From: an uncultured Candidatus Micrarchaeota archaeon
GTDB lineage: Archaea; Micrarchaeota; Micrarchaeia; Micrarchaeales; CABMGC01
Reading direction: 5' to 3'
NCBI GenBank assembly: GCA_963753785.1
Contig: CAVWDL010000008.1
Location: 166,064 to 230,063 of the forward strand
Length of the DNA stretch: 64,000 nt
The notes under the pieces are model-generated. The model saw only the letters and a program-made list of their open reading frames with translations. It was not told the DNA's origin and ran no database searches. Shown here one piece after another: positions 35,741 to 44,110 of the stretch (position 1 is the stretch's first letter; every line of letters starts with the position of its first letter). Made by a program: the position numbers and the translations under genes.

Positions 35741-36949
35741 ATGAAGCTTGCCATCCTCTCTGATTTTCACTTGGGCTACGAGAGGTTCCGCGAGGATGCG
35801 TACAGGCAGGCGGAGGAGGCACTCGATGCTGCGTCAAAGGCAGCGGACGTTCTTCTCATACCCGGCGACCTTTTCGACGGGAGGGCGCCAAAGCCCGACG
35901 TGCTCGCAGAAGCGATAAACCTATTCAGGAATCTCTCACTGAGGGAGTGGTCTGCAAAGGTCACCAGCGTCGAATCCGCGAACAAGCAGTACACTGACGT
36001 GCCGTTGATTGCAATTCCCGGGAACCATGACAGCAGGGTGCAGGGATCTGAGAATGCAGTCACTCTTCTCGGCCTGGCCGGCCTGCTCATAGACGCCACC
36101 GACGGAAGGATAACTGTAGAAAAGGGAAATGAGAAGGTGGTGGTCTACGGCATAGGGGGCGTAGCTGACGACAAATTCCTCGAGGAGATTAAAAGGCAGG
36201 GTCCGAAGCCATGCGCTGACTGCTTCAACGTGTTCATGTTCCACCAGTCTGCATTCGAGATTTCGCCAGTAAGTGAGGATTTCATACACTTGGAGGAGCT
36301 GCCTGAGGGATTCGACCTGTACATAGACGGCCACATACACAACAGGGTGGAGAAGAAAGTTCACGGGAAGCCTTTCCTGATACCTGGAAGCACGGTGCTC
36401 ACGCAGCTCAAGTCCGTCGAGCAGGAGGAGAAGGGATTCTACGTCTACGATACCGGCACGAACACGTACTCATTCCACAAGATACGGTCGAGGAAGTTCT
36501 CGCTAGTGACGATCGACGCCAGTGGGAAGAGCCAGGCTGACCTCATCGAGAGCATAAGGAGCGGCATAGACACGGCTGTTTCCGCAGGAGGGGAGCGGCC
36601 CATAGTGAAAGTCGACATCGTGGGCACGCTGAACAAAGGAGTGAGGACGATAGACTTGAACCTGCTGGGAATGGCGAAGGGCTACGGCGAGAGGGCGATT
36701 GTGGAGATAGCGAAGCCGAACCTCGAGGGTCTGGAGTCCACCGAAGAGATCACCGCGCTGAGGGAGGGATCTCTCGAGAACATGTCCGTCAAGGACTACG
36801 GTCTCGCTCTATTCCTCGACAAGCTGAAGGACAGCAAGTATGACCTCAGCATAAGCGCGACCGAGCTCTTCGAGCTACTCAGCCCCGACACAAACAAGGA
36901 CAAGGCGATCAAGAAGGTAATAGAGGAGCTCTTCCCAGAGGCATCGTAG
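35741..36949 (+). CDS. mre11: Mre11/SbcD-type DNA repair metallophosphoesterase
   Basis: The calcineurin-like nuclease motifs LSDFHLG, IPGDLFD, IPGNHD and DGHIHN are present in canonical order. Confidence 0.75.
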   Translation: MKLAILSDFHLGYERFREDAYRQAEEALDAASKAADVLLIPGDLFDGRAPKPDVLAEAINLFRNLSLREWSAKVTSVESANKQYTDVPLIAIPGNHDSRVQGSENAVTLLGLAGLLIDATDGRITVEKGNEKVVVYGIGGVADDKFLEEIKRQGPKPCADCFNVFMFHQSAFEISPVSEDFIHLEELPEGFDLYIDGHIHNRVEKKVHGKPFLIPGSTVLTQLKSVEQEEKGFYVYDTGTNTYSFHKIRSRKFSLVTIDASGKSQADLIESIRSGIDTAVSAGGERPIVKVDIVGTLNKGVRTIDLNLLGMAKGYGERAIVEIAKPNLEGLESTEEITALREGSLENMSVKDYGLALFLDKLKDSKYDLSISATELFELLSPDTNKDKAIKKVIEELFPEAS

Positions 36950-36985
36950 CCGCTCAACTAACTCATTCGGTTGCGGGAACTGGCA

Positions 36986-38378
36986 TCAGCCCTTGGTCTT
37001 CTTCTTGAACTCGGAGTACTTGAAGAGCGCTTCCAGTGAAGCTATCGCCTCCGCGGGAGAGTCATACGTCGGGACCCCTCCCGCCTCCATCTGCACCTTC
37101 TGGCCCTGCGTGTAGTTCGCCCCCATGCTCATCGCTATGATGGGCTTCGGGACGGTCTCCTTCTGGTGCACGACGCACGCCGTCACAGTGGAGTCCGCTC
37201 CGGGAGTCTGGAAAAGCACGATCGCTATTATCATGTCGACGTTGGGGTCGCTGCAGACCGCGTTGAGGGCGTCGCTGTACCTCTTGGAGTCGGCGTCCCC
37301 CGCAAGGTCCAGCGGGTTGGTTATGTTCACCAAAGGAGGCATCGCCTTTCGCAGAACCTTCTTGGTCTGGTTGCTGTACTCCGCCATCTTGAGGATACTC
37401 CGACGAGCCTATGGCGTCGGCAGTTATGACCCCAGTGCCTCCTCCGTTGGTTATCACGGCGACCCTGTTGCCGTTAGCCTCTATCTCCGAGGAGAATATC
37501 TTCGCGTAGTAGACGAGCTCGCTGAGGTCCTTGGCTATCGTAAATCCGAACTGCTTGAATATCGCCTCCTGCGTGGCATAGTTGCCCGCGAGCGACGCCG
37601 TGTGCGATATCGCGGCCGCCTGGCCCGCGCTCGTCCTTCCCGCCTTGAGTACAATGACCGGCTTCTTCTTCGTTATCTTCCTCGCGAGCTCGACGAACTC
37701 CTTCCCGCGCCTTATGCCCTCTATGTAGAGGATGATGACCTTGGTCTCGTCATCGTTCATGAGATACTCGAGTATGTCCACCTCGTCAAGCTGCGCCGCG
37801 TTCCCGTACGAGATGAACTTGGAGAGCCCGCAGCCCTCGCCTCCTATTATGTCAAGCACGGTGCTGCCGACAGCGCCGCTCTGCGAGACGAAGCTCACAA
37901 AGCCCACCTGCGGCCTGGTTATCTTGAAGGACGGAAGGAACATCGTGTCCGTCCTTGACCTCGTGTCCACGACCCCGAGGCAGTTCGGGCCGAGCATCGG
38001 GATGTTGTACTTGTTTGCCATGCTCTTTATCTGTTCCTGCAGGGCGGTCTCCCCTATCTCGGAGAATCCGCCGCTGATGACTATCACTGATCTCGCCTTG
38101 GACTTTCCGCACTCCTCCAGCGCCATCGGGACCATCGGCGCGGGCACCGCTATCACCGCGAGGTCGACCGCCTCACCTATCTCCTGCATTGTCTTGTAGC
38201 ACTTGAGCCCGAGTATCTCGTCCGCGTTGGGATTGACGGGGTAGAGCTTCCCCGAGTATCCCGCGCTGACGTAGTTCTGCAGTATTATGTTGCCTACCTT
38301 CTCGGGGTTCCTGGATGCGCCGATTATGGCGACGCTCTTTGGCTTCAGCATCGGCGTCAGGTTGAATTTTCCAATCAT
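36986..38378 (-). pseudogene. acdA: ADP-forming acetyl-CoA synthetase alpha subunit, one frame break
   Basis: The CoA-binding N-terminus (KSVAIIGASRNPEKVG) and the succinyl-CoA-synthetase-like domains are present. The frame changes at about 37397 (...ITADAIGSSE / ILKMAEYSNQTKK...) and the conserved C-terminus continues in the ORF 36986-37387. Confidence 0.85.
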
Positions 38379-38382
38379 GAGA

Positions 38383-39000
38383 TCACTCTATTATCCTTAT
38401 GTCGACCACGTCGTAGGAGTCCGCCCTCACTATTACCGGGTTCAGGTCCAGCTCTGTTATCTTCTCATTCTCGACCAGCATCTTCGATACCTTCATCAGG
38501 AGGTCCACGATCTGTTTCTCAGCCGCGCCGTTGTAGGTTATGATCTTTCCCGACTTGAGATCAGCAAGCATGTCTATGGCGTCCATCTTGGTTATCGGGA
38601 CAGAGCTTGAGCTGCACGTCCTTGAACGTCTCGACGTAAATGCCTCCGAGCCCCACGAGCAGCATCTTGCCGAACTGCTTGTCAGTGCTGCCCCCGATTA
38701 TAATCTCGACCCCGCTGCTCGCCATCTTCTGTGCAAGCACCTTGAAGGGCGCATACTTCTTCCCTTTTTCTCGAGGTCGTTGTAGGCAGCCGCGATGTCC
38801 TCCGGTTCCTGGAGCCCAAGCTTCACGAACCCCTCCTTCGACTTGTGCACCGCCTTGTCCGATATGACCTTCAGGACGATCTTGTCCCCGTCCGCGAACT
38901 TGACCGCCTCTTCGGCGCTCTTGACGTACTTGGCATCGACGCTGCGTATTCCGTAGCCGTCGAGAACCTTCTTCCCGAGCATGTAGTCCAGCATAGGCAT
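38383..39000 (-). pseudogene. acdB: ADP-forming acetyl-CoA synthetase beta (ATP-grasp) subunit, two frame breaks
   Basis: The N-terminal part lies in ORF 38698-39000 and the C-terminal part in ORF 38383-38586. The middle (KKYAPFKVLAQKMASSGVEIIIGGSTDKQFGKMLLVGLGGIYVETFKDVQLKLCP) is readable in the third frame. The breaks are at about 38770 and about 38596. Confidence 0.8.
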
Positions 39001-39008
39001 AGAATCAA

Positions 39009-39716
39009 CTAAACTCCTTTAAGGAACAGGTAAGCGAGCACGACAATTATGATCGCGCCGATGATCTCGAAGATGAGCCTCTCGTGCTTCTTGATTGAAG
39101 AGGCCTTTTTCTCCGAAACGGGCACTCCCTGCGCCGTCTGTCCCGGGGCATGGGGTGCGCCCGTCGCTGTCTTCGCCTGCGAAGGCATCCCGGGACCCTG
39201 AGGTTGTGCTGCCTGTCCCGGCGCCAGCGCCTGCGGCGTCGCTGTCTGGGTGAGCATCGGAGTCTTCGACTTGAGGAATCCCTGCTCCGTGAGCATTATC
39301 TCGACGTTGCCGTTCTTGAGCTCGTAGGACAGGAAGTTCTGCTTGAATAGCTTGTAGAGCCTGAATGCGAGGTCCATGGGCCTGATGTTCAGGCCGTTCT
39401 GAAGCTCCACGGGGAACCTCTTGCCTCCGGACATCTGCCTTAGTATCTCCTCATCAAGGCTGTCTATCGGCGCGGCGCTCTTCGCCTCCGCGTCCATCTT
39501 CAGCTGCTTCCCCTCATCCGTCAGCACCATGCTGTTGGGGCCCGGGTAATACGGCGTGAAGTCTATGAGACCCTTCTGCTTGAGCGATCCGGTTATGTTT
39601 GCAGCGTCGAAAACGCTGGAGTTTATAGTGCTTCCGAACCTCTCGAGCGTCGTGTCTTGTGCTATCTTGAATACGCATGCCAGATCCAGAAAATTGACGT
39701 TCTCCTCTGTTGCCAT
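39009..39716 (-). CDS. Hypothetical tail-anchored protein with two wHTH-like modules and a P/Q/A-rich linker
   Basis: The 235-aa ORF has two segments resembling wHTH wings (SLKQKGLIDF...VLTDEGKQL; LFKQNFLSYELKNGNVEIMLTEQGFL). These are followed by a PQ-rich low-complexity stretch and a C-terminal TM helix (IFEIIGAIIIVVLAYLFL). Confidence 0.4.
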   Translation of the reverse strand: MATEENVNFLDLACVFKIAQDTTLERFGSTINSSVFDAANITGSLKQKGLIDFTPYYPGPNSMVLTDEGKQLKMDAEAKSAAPIDSLDEEILRQMSGGKRFPVELQNGLNIRPMDLAFRLYKLFKQNFLSYELKNGNVEIMLTEQGFLKSKTPMLTQTATPQALAPGQAAQPQGPGMPSQAKTATGAPHAPGQTAQGVPVSEKKASSIKKHERLIFEIIGAIIIVVLAYLFLKGV

Positions 39717-39736
39717 CCTAATCTTTAGACTTAATA

Positions 39737-41029
39737 ATGTTAAGACTTATATCCCTTCCTTATACTTGGGGTTTTGATTTGGAGCTGCAGTTCCTGGGCG
39801 GGGCGTGCGAAGTCGGAAGGTCGGGAGTGCTACTCAAGGGGGAGAGGAATCTCCTGCTCGACTACGGCGTCAAGCTGGACCACAAGACAGAATATCCCCT
39901 TCCCGCGCCCAAGATCGCGGCATGCATCCTCAGCCATGCGCACCTCGACCACTGCGGCAACATCCCATTCCTTTACAAGGCGGCATTTCCTACCACATAC
40001 GGCACAGAACCCACCATGGAGCTGAGCAGGCTGCTGATCGACGATTCGATAAAAGTGGGCGCGAAGAACCACCAGCCGCCCAAGTTCTCAAAGCACCAGC
40101 TGAGGAACCTCATGGGGAGGTTCTCCACGCACGAGTTCGGATCCCCCATGGACCTGGAGCAGTACAAAGTCACGTTCCACGACGCCGGGCATATCTGCGG
40201 GAGCGCGATAACTGAGATAGAGAGCGTGAAGACCGGGAGGAAGCTGGTCTACACCGGCGACTTCAAGCTGGAGCCCCAACTGCTCCAGGGCGGCGCCGAG
40301 ATAGTGAAAAGCGACATACTGATAACCGAGTCGACCTATGCCATGAGGGACCACCCTGACAGGGACGAGCTGATAAAGAAGTTCATCGCGGACATAAGGA
40401 GCGTGATAGACTCTGGCGGGACCGCCCTGGTGCCGACGTTCGCGGTGGGAAGGGCGCAGGAGCTGCTTGCGATCCTTCACAAGAACAGGCTGACTGATTA
40501 TGTTTACCTTGACGGGATGGCGAGGAAGGCGACCGAGATCTCGATGTACTATTCCCATTACCTGAAGAACGATGACATACTGCGCGAGGCGGTAAGGAAG
40601 TCGACGACCGTCTCGAGCTCGGACCACAGAGGCGACGCGCTCACGGGAACCAGCATTATACTGACGACAGCCGGCATGCTCAACGGCGGCCCCGTGCTCA
40701 ACTACCTGACCAAGCTCGGGCCGCACTCGAAGATCTTCCTCACCGGCTACCAGGTCGAAGGCACTAATGGCAGGAGGCTGACTGAAGGGCTGCCCCTTAT
40801 AATCGACGGCAAGAAGTACGCGATAAAGACGCCGTGGGAGTACTACGACTTCTCCGCGCACGCCGGAAGGAAGGATCTCGTGGAATACGCGAAGAAGAGC
40901 AACCCCGAGGTCGTCTTCTGCATGCACGGCGATGAGGAGGACGTGGATTCGCTGGCGGGCGAGCTCAAGTCCCAGGGATTCAAGGCCCACGCGCCGAGGA
41001 TGGGCGACTCTTTCAAGCTCGACTTCTAA
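39737..41029 (+). CDS. Beta-CASP metallo-beta-lactamase RNase (aCPSF2-like, no KH domains)
   Basis: The sequence FLGGACEVGRSG and the HxHxDH motif (LSHAHLDHCG) are present, with beta-CASP motifs downstream. The alternative TTG at 39779 gives the typical N-terminus. Confidence 0.8.
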   Translation: MLRLISLPYTWGFDLELQFLGGACEVGRSGVLLKGERNLLLDYGVKLDHKTEYPLPAPKIAACILSHAHLDHCGNIPFLYKAAFPTTYGTEPTMELSRLLIDDSIKVGAKNHQPPKFSKHQLRNLMGRFSTHEFGSPMDLEQYKVTFHDAGHICGSAITEIESVKTGRKLVYTGDFKLEPQLLQGGAEIVKSDILITESTYAMRDHPDRDELIKKFIADIRSVIDSGGTALVPTFAVGRAQELLAILHKNRLTDYVYLDGMARKATEISMYYSHYLKNDDILREAVRKSTTVSSSDHRGDALTGTSIILTTAGMLNGGPVLNYLTKLGPHSKIFLTGYQVEGTNGRRLTEGLPLIIDGKKYAIKTPWEYYDFSAHAGRKDLVEYAKKSNPEVVFCMHGDEEDVDSLAGELKSQGFKAHAPRMGDSFKLDF

Positions 41030-41081
41030 GAAGGACACTGCATTGTTTTTATCTCTTTCTTCCAAGTATGCAATCGATGGC

Positions 41082-41930
41082 ATGGCGATTTCTGAGAACC
41101 TGCTTAAAGATCCCCGGTACATCAGCGTCCATTATGGGATAAAATGGATAACCTGGAATGACAGGCTGGCGGACCGGCTGATGGTGCGGGTATACAAAAA
41201 CCGTTCCAAAAGCAGGAACTCCAAAGACAGGTTCGCGAGTGTTGACTACTCCATAGCCGAGGCGATGAGAAGCAACATTCCCTCCGTGACCGGGGAGATT
41301 CTTGCGGGCAAGGCGAAGGAGACAAGGATCGTCCATGGAAAGACCCTGCTATTGGCCACTCCGCCGCGCCTCTACACCGAGTGGGGCAGGGAGTTCCTGA
41401 AGTCAGACATATGCGTCATGGGACCCGGATCAAGGGAGGATGAGATACTCCGCGAGTTCAGGCTAGAGAAGGCGGAATCCATAAGGGAGAAAAGGAGGGC
41501 GCCCGAATACGTCAAACGCGCTGTGCCCCTCCTGGACAGGCTGCTCGACGGCGGCCTGATAGTCGGAGTGCTCGGCAGGGGCTCGTATTTCGGGAAGAAC
41601 GGCTTCCCGAGGCCATGCGACGACATAGACTTCATACTCTTCGCCAAGGACGGAAGCAGCAGGACTGAGAAGAAGATAATCGACGCGCTCAAGGGCATAC
41701 CCCTGTTCGCGGTGCTCTTTGTGATAAAGAAGGACAAGCTAGTGAAGAAAGGAAGGCCGCCCGCGTTCAGCTTCGTAATCGTCCATGAAGGGATGCGAAG
41801 GAGGGTCACGAGGTACGAGAGCTACGTGCTGAGGGACAGCATAGGAATAGGACTTAAGCATCTGAAGAAGGAGGAGTCCGAGGCGTTGGCCAGAAGGCTT
41901 GCGAGATCGCTTCCCGAGCCAAGCAAGTAA
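41082..41930 (+). CDS. Hypothetical protein with a minimal nucleotidyltransferase-like motif
   Basis: The segment GVLGRGSYFGKNGFPRPCDDIDFILF fits the pol-beta NTase pattern hG[GS]x9-13Dh[DE]h. The N-terminal 150 aa or so is unassigned. The start is set at the first ATG after the aCPSF2 stop. Confidence 0.4.
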   Translation: MAISENLLKDPRYISVHYGIKWITWNDRLADRLMVRVYKNRSKSRNSKDRFASVDYSIAEAMRSNIPSVTGEILAGKAKETRIVHGKTLLLATPPRLYTEWGREFLKSDICVMGPGSREDEILREFRLEKAESIREKRRAPEYVKRAVPLLDRLLDGGLIVGVLGRGSYFGKNGFPRPCDDIDFILFAKDGSSRTEKKIIDALKGIPLFAVLFVIKKDKLVKKGRPPAFSFVIVHEGMRRRVTRYESYVLRDSIGIGLKHLKKEESEALARRLARSLPEPSK

Positions 41931-41975
41931 TCGATACTCGCTTGGCTGGGTGAGATAAAACTCAAAGAAACGGGA

Positions 41976-42275
41976 CTATTCTCCCTTTCCTACGACTTCT
42001 ATCTTGCCGTACTTGCCTGTGGAAAGCTGAGGGTTGCCCTTGAATTCGCTAACGTATCCGTTAGTGACCTTCACCTTGTCTCCTACGTTGACCAGGTTTA
42101 TGTTGTCCTCCCAAAGGGATATGGCAATGCTTCCCGAGTCGTCGCTTATGACAGCGTCCGCCACGTTCAGCCTCTTGCCGTACTTCGTTATGACCTCTCT
42201 CGGGTCGCTCTTCTCCGTTATCGTGCCTTCCAATTCGACGTTAGTAGCACCAGCTTTCAGTTCGCTTATTTTCAT
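41976..42275 (-). CDS. Single OB-fold ssDNA-binding protein (short SSB/RPA-like)
   Basis: The 99-aa ORF has the pattern seen in short archaeal OB-fold SSBs (NVELEGTITEKSDPREV...VADAVISDDSGSIAISLWEDN...GDKVKVTNGYVSEFKG). Confidence 0.7.
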   Translation of the reverse strand: MKISELKAGATNVELEGTITEKSDPREVITKYGKRLNVADAVISDDSGSIAISLWEDNINLVNVGDKVKVTNGYVSEFKGNPQLSTGKYGKIEVVGKGE

Positions 42276-42595
42276 TCTTACACCGTGTTGCGGTTAGCAT
42301 ATGTTGGACAAGATATAATAAATTTTGCGCAAAAGGACCCCTGAATTACACTAATCTGCAAAAGGCGCGCAAAAGTCCCATAATATGAACGTTTATAAGG
42401 TTCCGATATCCATTCAAAAGAAGGTTCGCTATACATGAGATTTCAGCAGTCGAAGAGAAGGACGGTGGTCGTGGTAAGCCCTGACGCCGGCCAATGCCCT
42501 GTGATGGCTTTCAACAGCGGAAAGGTGACGATAAGCGACGATTACCACAACCGGATTTCAATCGGAAAGAAGCTGCTGAAGAAGACGTGCTCCCT

Positions 42596-43615
42596 CTAGC
42601 CCTGGCTATCGTGCGTCTTGTACTTGTAGTAGTTCTCGAGGTGCAGAGGAAGCTGTCCCACCAGCACCCCCGTTATTATCGCCTTCTCCAGCCTTATCTC
42701 CTCCTCGGCGAAGGAATTGAGTATCAGCTCTGAGCCCTTCTTGAGAAGGCTCTCCCCGTTCTCGAAGAGGCAGATGTCGAACGCATCGTAGTAGCCGTTG
42801 GAGTCCACTATCAGGCAATAGTCGTTCGCGGACTCGTGCAGCTCCTCCTTCAGAAGCTCCGAAGCGAAGCGATTGACCAAGTTCACGTGGGCGGAAGTGG
42901 GCATCAGCGATATGCCGAACGCGGCTATGGTCTTCTTGTCCGAAGTCTGCGAGAGGGCGCTGAACCTCTTTATTATTCCCATCTTCTGTAGCTTCTTTAT
43001 CACGTACACCACCCTGTTCGGGCTTATCTTCAGCTTTTTCGTCATCTCGCTGAGCCTGGCCCTGGAGTTGTCGTTCAGCATCTCGAGTATGTCCTTCTCC
43101 GTGGTCGACAGCACCTCGCTTTCCCTTATGAGCGCGTTCCTGAGGGGCAGGAACCCCACGACCTTGCCGCTCACCGAAGCGAATTTCAGCGTCGGCTTGA
43201 ACGAGCTCAGCGACACCCGCAGGTTCCACTGCCAGCGCTGGAAGTCCGCCTGGGAGAGCCCGACCGCATACAGGAGAAGATCGAAATCCCCCTCCGTGAG
43301 GTACGCGTCCTGAATGAATATGTCCCTGCCTATCCTCTCCTTTATGAAATCTATTCCCGGCTTTATCCCGAACCTTATCGTTATTATCCTTCCCTCCGCG
43401 AAACCGAGCTTGGCCTCGTCAAGCTCGAGGGTATATTTTATCTGATGCCTGACCTCCAGCTGCTTCAATACCGATTGTACGACGTGGTACGATATCCCGA
43501 GACTTTTCCCGAGCTCTCTTAATGAAGATCTCGAATTCCTGTACTCGTGCATGAGTATCTTGTATGGAAGCTCCTTCTCGACGTATTCGCGGGTCTCTTT
43601 GCTTGCGGGCATCAT
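42596..43615 (-). CDS. Tandem (duplicated) Lrp/AsnC-like transcriptional regulator
   Basis: There are two HTH segments (SLRELGKSLGISYHVVQSVLKQLE and RARLSEMTKKLKISPNRVVYVIKKLQKMGII). Each is followed by a RAM-like region. Confidence 0.65.
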   Translation of the reverse strand: MMPASKETREYVEKELPYKILMHEYRNSRSSLRELGKSLGISYHVVQSVLKQLEVRHQIKYTLELDEAKLGFAEGRIITIRFGIKPGIDFIKERIGRDIFIQDAYLTEGDFDLLLYAVGLSQADFQRWQWNLRVSLSSFKPTLKFASVSGKVVGFLPLRNALIRESEVLSTTEKDILEMLNDNSRARLSEMTKKLKISPNRVVYVIKKLQKMGIIKRFSALSQTSDKKTIAAFGISLMPTSAHVNLVNRFASELLKEELHESANDYCLIVDSNGYYDAFDICLFENGESLLKKGSELILNSFAEEEIRLEKAIITGVLVGQLPLHLENYYKYKTHDSQG

Positions 43616-43918
43616 ACCAATCTCAAAACCTTACTATTTGACTATTTAATTGAACAAATATTAGTAATTATCTGTATTTTATTCCCATATGATTATATAG
43701 TTGTTTAATTACATACCTACTGTACTGTGGATTCTATGAATCTGCAGTTCACATTGCTGAGGTGCGCGGGCTCGTTTTTGAGATGCCCACTCCTAACATC
43801 CCATCCTTCCGCGCATCTCGCAAACTATCAAACAAGGAGCCTATGCTCCGTCTCCGTCCTTGACGCGAAGGACATAAGGCATAAATAATGAGCCTGAGAA
43901 GGGATTTTGTCCGACCGA

Positions 43919-44098
43919 ATGAAAATCAAGAATCTGCTTGTTGAAGAGCGCCTGGCGTCGATCAAGAGCGCCGCGTCAATGACCTCCGAGAAAGGAGCCG
44001 CTGTCAAGAGATACTCGTGCTGGGGATGCAAGAACAGCTATGAGAATCCCATCGAGTTCATGAGGCACATACAGAGCTGCGATCTCGTGAAGAAATAG
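43919..44098 (+). CDS. Small C2HC zinc-finger protein (59 aa)
   Basis: The segment YSCWGCKNSYENPIEFMRHIQSC has the spacing C-x2-C-x12-H-x3-C of a classical zinc finger. The ORF can also open at the TTG at 43907. Confidence 0.4.
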   Translation: MKIKNLLVEERLASIKSAASMTSEKGAAVKRYSCWGCKNSYENPIEFMRHIQSCDLVKK

Positions 44099-44110
44099 GC
44101 AAAGGCTAGC

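Noticed and set aside
43828-44031. A 67-aa minus-strand ORF opposite the zinc-finger micro-ORF.
   Set aside because: It has no motifs, overlaps the more plausible plus-strand ORF, and would have no promoter space before trpS.
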